Shown here piece after piece: positions 55,233 through 64,000 of a stretch of DNA of 64,000 nucleotides. Each line of letters opens with the position of its first letter. Positions within the stretch are counted from its first letter, which is position 1. The stretch comes from Paragordius varius (Eukaryota; Animalia; Nematomorpha): contig OZ176054.1 in assembly GCA_964247055.1 (NCBI GenBank), positions 806,001 to 870,000 of the forward strand, written 5' to 3'. The notes below the pieces were generated by a model. It was not told the origin of the DNA, ran no database searches, and saw nothing but the letters and a program-made list of their open reading frames with translations. Made by a program: the position numbers and the translations under genes.

Positions 55233-56870
55233 GAAATAGTTTGACAAACTCTTTCATATCCGATTTTTACAACGATACTTTAAAATTTAATGTATTAAAC
55301 TAGTCGCATCAATACTCAAATTAAACTTTGTCCTTAAAAATCGGATATTGGCCACCGGTGAACAAAATTATATTTTATATATTCTCTTAGCAAGACTACA
55401 TCAAAATATAGAGATAGTTTGACAAACTCTTTCATATCCGATTTTTACAACGATACTTTAAAAATTAATGTATAAAACGAGTCGTATCAATAAATCGCAT
55501 CAATACTCAAGTTAAACTTTGTCCTTAAAAATCGGATATTGGTCACCGGTGAACAAAATTATTTTTTATACATTCTCTTAGTAGGACTACATCAAAATAT
55601 AGATATAGTTTGGCAAACTCTTTCATATCCGATTTTTACAACGATACTTTAAAAATTAATGTATTAAACTAGTCGCATCAATACTCAAGTTAAACTTTGT
55701 CCTTAAAAATCGGATATTGGTCTCCGGTGAACAAAATAATTTTTTATACATTCTCTTAGTAAGACTACATCAAAATATAGAGGTAGTTTGAAAAACTCTT
55801 TCATATCCGATTTTACGATACTTTAAAAATTAATGTATTAAACTAGTCGGATCAATACTCAAGTTAAACTTTGTCCTTAAAAATCGGATATTGGTCACCG
55901 GTGAACAAAATTATTTTTTATATATTCTCTTAGCTAGACTACATCAAAATATAGAGATAGTTTGACAAACTCTTTCATATCCGATTCTTACAACGATACT
56001 TTAAAAATTAATGTATAAAACTAGTCGCATCAATACTCAAGTTAAACTTTGTCCTTAAAAATCGAATATTGGTCACCGGTGAACAAAATTAATTTTTATA
56101 CATTCTCTTAGTAAGACTACATCAAAATATAGAGATAGTTTGACAAACTCTTTCATATCCGATTTTTACAGATACTTTAAAAATTAATGTGTTAAACTAG
56201 TCGCATCCTTACTAAGAGAATATATAAAAAATAATTTTGTTCACCGGTGACCAATATTCGATTTTTAAGGACAAAGTTTAACTTGCAAAATATAGAAATA
56301 GTTTGACAAACTCTTTCATATCCGATTTTTACAACGATACTTTAAAATTTAATGTATTAATCTAGTCGCATCAATACTCAAATTAAACTTTGTCCTTAAA
56401 AATCAGATATTGGTCACCGGTGAACAAAATTATATTTTATATATTCTCTTAGCAAGACTACATCAAAATATAGAGATAGTTTGACAAACTCTTTCATATC
56501 CGATTTTTACAACGATACTTTAAAAATTAATGTATAAAACGAGTCGTATCAATAAATCGCATCAATACTCAAGTTAAACTTTGTCCTTAAAAATCGGATA
56601 TTGGTCACCGGTGAACAAAATTATTTTTTATACATTCTCTTAGTAGGACTACATCAAAATATAGAGATAGTTTGGCAAACTCTTTCATATCCGATTTTTA
56701 CAACGATACTTTAAAAATTAATGTATTAAACTAGTCGCATCAATACTCAAGTTAAACTTTGTCCTTAAAAATCGGATATTGGTCTCCGGTGAACAAAATA
56801 ATTTTTTATACATTCTCTTCGTAAGACTACATCTAGATATAGAGGTAGTTTGAAAAACTCTTTCATATCC
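55233..56870 (+). repeat. Block colinear with 13892-about 15530 (offset 41341 bp)
   Basis: GAAATAG monomer 13892/55233; inversion 14867/56208; ATTATATTTT, GATATAGTTTGGC, TTTTACGATA and GCTAGAC markers in the same order. Confidence 0.9.
56208..56285 (-). repeat. 78-bp inverted monomer segment, copy 6
   Basis: Same segment and junctions. Confidence 0.97.
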
Positions 56871-57273
56871 GATTTTTACAACGATACTTTAAAAATTAAT
56901 GTATTAAACTAGTCGCATCAATACTCAAGTTAAACTTTGTCCTTAAAAATCGGATATTGGTCACCGGTGAACAAAATTATTTTTTATATATTCTCTTAGC
57001 TAGACTACATCAAAATATAGAGATAGTTTGACAAACTCTTTCATATCCGATTCTTACAACGATACTTTAAAAATTAATGTATAAAACTAGTCGCATCAAT
57101 ACTCAAGTTAAACTTTGTCCTTAAAAATCGAATATTGGTCACCGGTGAACAAAATTAATTTTTATACATTCTCTTAGTAAGACTACATCAAAATATAGAG
57201 ATAGTTTGACAAACTCTTTCATATCCGATTTTTACAGATACTTTAAAAATTAATGTGTTAAACTAGTCGCATC

Positions 57274-57342
57274 AGAATATATAAAAAATAATTTTGTTCA
57301 CCGGTGACCAATATTCGATTTTTAAGGACAAAGTTTAACTTG
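57274..57342 (-). repeat. Inverted monomer segment, copy 7 (69 bp, lacking the first 9 bp CTTACTAAG)
   Basis: Junction GCATC|AGAATAT; right junction unchanged. It lies 1066 bp (6 monomers) after copy 6. Confidence 0.95.
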
Positions 57343-60300
57343 CAAAATATAGAAATAGTTTGTCAAACTCTTTCATATCCGATTTTTACAACGATACTTT
57401 AAAATTTAATGTATTAATCTAGTCGCATCAATACTCAAATTAAACTTTGTCCTTAAAAATCAGATATTGGTCACCGGTGAACAAAATTATATTTTATATA
57501 TTCTCTTAGCAAGACTACATCAAAATATAGAGATAGTTTGACAAACTCTTTCATATCCGATTTTTACAACGATACTTTAAAAATTAATGTATAAAACGAG
57601 TCGTATCAATAAATCGCATCAATACTCAAGTTAAACTTTGTCCTTAAAAATCGGATATTGGTCACCGGTGAACAAAATTATTTTTTATACATTCTCTTAG
57701 TAGGACTACATCAAAATATAGAAATAGTTTGGCAAACTCTTTCATATCCGATTTTTACAACGATACTTTAAAAATTAATGTATTAAACTAGTCGCATCAA
57801 TACTCAAGTTAAACTTTGTCCTTAAAAATCGGATATTGGTCACCGGTGAGCAAAATTATTTTTTATATATTCTCTTAGCAAGACTACATCAAAATATAGA
57901 GATAGTTTGACAAACTCTTTCATATCCGATTCTTACAACGATACTTTAAAAATTAATGTTTAAACGAGTCGTATCAATAAATCGCATCAATACTCAAGTT
58001 AAACTTTGTCCTTAAAAATCGGATATTGGTCACCGGTGAACAAAATTATTTTTTATACATTCTCTTAGTAGGACTACATCAAAATATAGAGATAGTTTGG
58101 CAAACTCTTTCATATCCGATTTTTACTACGATACTTTAAAAATTAATGTATAGAACTAGTCGTATCAATAAATCGCATCAATACTCAAGTTAAACTTTGT
58201 CCTTAAAAATCGGATATTGGTCACCGGTGAACAAAATTATTTTTTATACATTCTCTTAGTAAAACTACATCTAAATATAGAGGTAGTTTGAAAAACTCTT
58301 TCATATCCGATTTTTACAACGATACTTTAAAAATTAATGTATTAAACTAGTCGCATCAATACTCAAGTTAAACTTTGTCCTTAAAAATCGGATATTGGTC
58401 ACCGGTGAGCAAAATTATTTTTTATATATTCTCTTAGCAAGACTACATCAATATATAGAGATAGTTTGACAAACTCTTTCATATCCGATTCTTACAACGA
58501 TACTTTAAAAATTAATGTTTAAACGAGTCGTATCAATAAATCGCATCAATACTCAAGTTAAACTTTGTCCTTAAAAATCGGATATTGGTCACCGGTGAAC
58601 AAAATTATTTTTTATACATTCTCTTAGTAGGACTACATCAAAATATAGAGATAGTTTGGCAAACTCTTTCATATCCGATTTTTACTACGATACTTTAAAA
58701 ATTAATGTATAAAACTAGTCGTATCAATAAATCGCATCAATACTCAAGTTAAACTTTATCCTTAAAAATCGGATATTGGTCACCGGTGAACAAAATTATT
58801 TTTTATACATTCTCTTAGTAAAACTACATCAAAATATAGAGATAGTTTGGCAAACTCTTTCATATCCGATTTTTACTACGATACTTTAAAAATTAATGTA
58901 TAAAACTAGTCGTATCAATAAATCGCATCAATACTCAAGTTAAACTTTGTCCTTAAAAATCGGATATTGGTCACCGGTGAACAAAATTATTTTTTATACA
59001 GTCTCTTAGTAAGACTACATCAAAATATAGAGATAGTTTGACAAACTCTTTCATATCCGATTTTTATTACGATACTTTAAAAATTAATGTATTAAACTAG
59101 TCCAATACTCAAGTTAAACTTTGTCCTTAAAAATCGGATATTGGTCACCGGTGAACAAAATTATTTTTTATATATTCTCTTAGCAAGACTACATTAAAAT
59201 ATAGAGATAGTTTGACAAACTCTTTCATATCCGATTCTTACAACGATACTTTAAAAATTAATGTATAAAACGAGTCGCATCAATACTCAAGTTAAACTTT
59301 GTCCTTAAAAATCAAATATTGTTCACCGGTGAACAAAATTATTTTTTATACATTCTCTTAGTAAGACTACATCAAAATATAGAGATAGTTTGACAAACTC
59401 TTTCATATCCGATTTTTACAACGATACTTTAAAAATTAATGTATAAAACTAGTCGCATCAATACTCAACTTAAACTTTGTCCTTAAAAATCGAATATTGG
59501 TCACCGGTGAACAAAATTATTTTTTATACATTCTCTTAGTAAGACTACATCAAAATATAGAAATAGTTTGACAAACTCTTTCATATCCGATTTTTACAAC
59601 GATACTTTAAAAATTAATGTATTAAACTAGTCGCATCAATAAATCGCATCAATACTCAAGTTAAACTTTGTCCTTAAAAATCGGATATTGGTCACCGGTG
59701 AACAAAATTATTTTTTATACATTCTCTTAGTAGGACTACATCAAAATATAGAGATAGTTTGTCAAACTCTTTCATATCCGATTTTTACAACGATACTTTA
59801 AAAATTAATGTATAAAACTAGTCGCATCAATACTCAAGTTAAACTTTGTCCTTAAAAATCGAATATTGGTCACCGGTGAACAAAATTATTTTTTATACAT
59901 TCTCTTAGTAAGACTACATCAAAATATAGAGATAGTTTGACAAACTCTTTCATATCCGATTTTTACAACGATACTTTAAAAATTAATGTATTAAACTAGT
60001 CGCATCAATACTCAAGTTAAACTTTGTCCTTAAAAATCGGATATTGGTCTCCGGTGAACAAAATAATTTTTTATACATTCTCTTAGTATGACTACATCAA
60101 AATATAGAGGTAGTTTGACAAACTCTTTCATATCCCATTTTTACAACGATACTTTAAAAATTAATGTATAAAACTAGTCGCATCAATACTCAAGTTAAAC
60201 TTTGTCCTTAAAAATCGAATATTGGTCACCGGTGAACAAAATTATTTTTTATATATTCTCTTAGTATGACTACATCAAAATATAGAGATAGTTTGACAAA

Positions 60301-62459
60301 CTCTTTCATATCCGATTTTTACAACGATACTTTAAAAATTAATGTATAAAACGAGTCGTATCAATAAATCGCATCAATACTCAAGTTAAACTTTGTCCTT
60401 AAAAATCGGATATTGGTCACCGGTGAACAAAATTATTTTTTATATATTCTCTTAGCAAGACTACATCAAAATATAGAGATAGTTTGTCAAACTCTTTCAT
60501 ATCCGATTTTTACAACGATACTTTAAAAATTAATGTATTAAACTAGTCGCATCAATACTCATACTTTGTCCTTAAAAATCGAATATTGGTCACCGGTGAA
60601 CAAAATTATTTTTTATACATTCTCTTAGTAAGACTACATCAAAATATAGAGATAGTTTGACAAACTCTTTCATATCCGATTCTTACAACGATACTTTAAA
60701 AATTAATGTATAAAACTAGTCGCATCAATACTCAAGTTAAACTTTGTCCTTAAAAATCGAATATTGGTCACCGGTGAACAAAATTATTTTTTATACATTC
60801 TCTTAGTAAGACTACATCAAAATATAGAGATAGTTTGACAAACTCTTTCATATCCGATTTTTACAACGATACTTTAAAAATTAATGTATTAAACTAGTCG
60901 CATCAATACTCTTAAACTTTGTCCTTAAAAATCGGATATTGGTCACCGGTGAACAAAATTATTTTTTATATATTCTCTTAGCAAGAGTACATCAAAATAT
61001 AGAGATAGTTTGACAAACTCTTTCATATCCGATTTTTACAACGATACTTTAAAAATTAATGTATAAAACGAGTCGTATCAATAAATCGCATCAATACTCA
61101 AGTTAAACTTTGTCCTTAAAAATCGGATATTGGTCACCGGTGAACAAAATTATTTTTTATATATTCTCTTAGCAAGACTACATCAAAATATAGAGATAGT
61201 TTGACAAACTCTTTCATATCCGATTCTTACAACGATACTTTAAAAATTAATGTATAAAACTAGTCGCATCAATACTCAAGTTAAACTTTGTCCTTAAAAA
61301 TCGAATATTGGTCACCGGTGAACAAAATTATTTTTTATACATTCTCTTAGTAAGACTACATCAAAATATAGAGATAGTTTGACAAACTCTTTCATATCCG
61401 ATTTTTACAACGATACTTTAAAAATTAATGTATTAAACTAGTCGCATCAATACTCTTAAACTTTGTCCTTAAAAATCGGATATTGGTCACCGGTGAACAA
61501 AATTATTTTTTATATATTCTCTTAGCAAGAGTACATCAAAATATAGAGATAGTTTGACAAACTCTTTCATATCCGATTTTTACAACGATACTTTAAAAAT
61601 TAATGTATAAAACGAGTCGTATCAATAAATCGCATCAATACTCAAGTTAAACTTTGTCCTTAAAAATCGGATATTGGTCACCGGTGAACAAAATTATTTT
61701 TTATATATTCTCTTAGCAAGACTACATCAAAATATAGAGATAGTTTGACAAACTCTTTCATATCCGATTTTTACAACGATACTTTAAAAATTAATGTATA
61801 AAACTAGTCGCATCAATACTCAACTTAAACTTTGTCCTTAAAAATCGAATATTGGTCACCGGTGAACAAAATTATTTTTTATACATTCTCTTAGTAAGAC
61901 TACATCAAAATATAGAGATAGTTTGACAAACTCTTTCATATCCGATTTTTACAACGATACTTTAAAAATTAATGTATTAAACTAGTCGCATCAATAAATC
62001 GCATCAATACTCAAGTTAAACTTTGTCCTTAAAAATCGGATATTGGTCACCGGTGAACAAAATTATTTTTTATACATTCTCTTAGTAGGACTACATCAAA
62101 ATATAGAGATAGTTTGTCAAACTCTTTCATATCCGATTTTTACAACGATACTTTAAAAATTAATGTATTAAACTAGTCGCATCAATACTCAAGTTAATAT
62201 TTGTCCTTAAAAATAGGATATTGGTCTCCGGTGAACAAAATAATTTTTTATACATTCTCTTGGTAAGACTACATCAAAATATAGAGGTAGTTTGACAAAC
62301 TCTTTCATATCCGATTTTTACAACGATACTTTAAAAATTAATGTATTAAACTAGTCGCATCAATACTCAAGTTAAACTTTGTCCTTAAAAATCGGATATT
62401 GGTCACCGGTGAACAAAATTATTTTTTATATATTCTCTTAGCAAGACTACATCAAAATA

Positions 62460-63720
62460 TAGAGATAGTTTGACAAACTCTTTCATATCCGATTTTTACA
62501 ACGATACTTTAAAAATTAATGTGTTAAACTAGTCGCATCAATACTCAAGTTAAACTTTGTCCTAAAAAATCGAATATTGGTCACCGGTCACCAAAATTAT
62601 TTTTTATATATTCTCTTGGTAAGACTACATCAAAATATAGAAATAGTTTGACAAACTCTTTGATATCCGATTTTTACATCGATACTTTAAAAATTAATGT
62701 ATAAAACTAGTCGCATCAATACTAAGCTTAAACTTTGTCCTTAAAAATCGAATATTGGTCACCGGTGAACAAAATTATTTTTTATACATTCTCTTAGTAA
62801 GACTACATCAAACTATAGAGATAGTTTGACAAACTCTTTCATATCCGATTTTTACAACGATACTTTAAAAATTAATGTATTAAACTAGTCGCATCAATAA
62901 ATCGCATCAATACTCAAGTTAAACTTTGTCCTTAAAAATCGGATATTGGTCACCGGTGAACAAAATTATTTTTTATACATTCTCTTAGTAGGACTACATC
63001 AAAATATAGAGATAGTTTGTCAAACTCTTTCATATCCGATTTTTACAACGATACTTTAAAAATTAATGTATTAAACTAGTCGCATCAATACTCAAGTTAA
63101 ACTTTGTCCTTAAAAATCGGATATTGGTCTCCGGTGAACAAAATAATTTTTTATACATTCTCTTGGTAAGACTACATCAAAATATAGAGGTAGTTTGACA
63201 AACTCTTTCATATCCGATTTTTACAACGATACTTTAAAAATTAATGTATTAAACTAGTCGCATCAATACTCAAGTTAAACTTTGTCCTTAAAAATCGGAT
63301 ATTGGTCACCGGTGAACAAAATTATTTTTTATATATTCTCTTAGCAAGACTACATCAAAATATAGAGATAGTTTGACAAACTCTTTCATATCCGATTTTT
63401 ACAACGATACTTTATAAATTAATGTGTTAAACTAGTCGCATCAATACTCAAGTTAAACTTTGTCCTAAAAAATCGAATATTGGTCACCGGTCACCAAAAT
63501 TATTTTTTATATATTCTCTTGGTAAGACTACATCAAAATATAGAAATAGTTTGACAAACTCTTTGATATCCGATTTTTACATCGATACTTTAAAAATTAA
63601 TGTATAAAACTAGTCGCATCAATACTAAGCTTAAACTTTGTCCTTAAAAATCGAATATTGGTCACCGGTGAACAAAATTATTTTTTATACATTCTCTTAG
63701 TAAGACTACATCAAAATATA
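62460..63720 (+). repeat. Tandem 5-monomer duplication (period 903 bp)
   Basis: GGTCACCGGTCACC at 62579/63482, with linked ACTAAGCTTAAAC in both copies. 5x178+13 = 903. Ends are approximate. Confidence 0.85.
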
Positions 63721-64000
63721 GAGATAGTTTGACAAACTCTTTCATATCCGATTTTTACAACGATACTTTAAAAATTAATGTGTTAAACTAGTCGCATCAA
63801 TACTCAAATTAAACTTTGTCCTTAAAAATCGGATATTGGTCACCGGTGAACAAAATTATTTTTTATATATTCTCTTAGCAAGACTACATCAAAATATAGA
63901 GATAGTTTGTCAAACTCTTTCATATCCGATTTTTACAACGATACTTTAAAAATTAATGTATTAAACTAGTCGCATCAATACTCATACTTTGTCCTTAAAA

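Larger units (their letters stand above)
1..64000 (+). repeat. Tandem satellite DNA array, 178-bp modal monomer, head-to-tail, continuing beyond both window ends
   Basis: Monomer starts (GAGATAGTTTG) at 1, 179, 357, 535, 713 give a 178-bp period. The same unit is recognisable to position 64000 with no unique sequence. Consensus has 49 G+C in 178 bp. Length variants of 39, 162-177, 179, 191 and 237 bp were seen. Confidence 0.99.

Noticed and set aside
1-64000. CRISPR array
   Set aside because: There is no conserved repeat alternating with unique spacers; the entire unit repeats and no cas genes are present.

Overview
The whole 64 kb window is one uninterrupted, head-to-tail, AT-rich satellite DNA array of about 355-360 monomers, with no protein-coding genes, RNA genes or transposon insertions. 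The modal monomer is 178 bp and 27.5% GC: GAGATAGTTTGACAAACTCTTTCATATCCGATTTTTACAACGATACTTTAAAAATTAATGTATTAAACTAGTCGCATCAATACTCAAGTTAAACTTTGTCCTTAAAAATCGGATATTGGTCACCGGTGAACAAAATTATTTTTTATACATTCTCTTAGTAAGACTACATCAAAATATA. It looks like eukaryotic centromeric or pericentromeric satellite, but I cannot assign family or species from memory. The two supplied ORFs are chance frames in repeat copies. I see no gene-encoded system; the interest is structural. (1) The monomer has several dyad symmetries, centred on a TCACCGGTGA palindrome. (2) A 78-bp in-place inversion, symmetric to within about 1 bp around that palindrome, occurs 7 times. (3) Two reciprocal variant alleles each perfect the palindrome. 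(4) Higher-order repeats are nested (2-, 5-, 6-, 7-, 8-, 10-, 16- and 19-mers) inside three colinear super-units starting near 13.9, 26.2 and 55.2 kb. (5) A divergent subfamily island lies at 50.7-55.2 kb. Periods and coordinates were counted by hand from diagnostic variants, so block ends are approximate.
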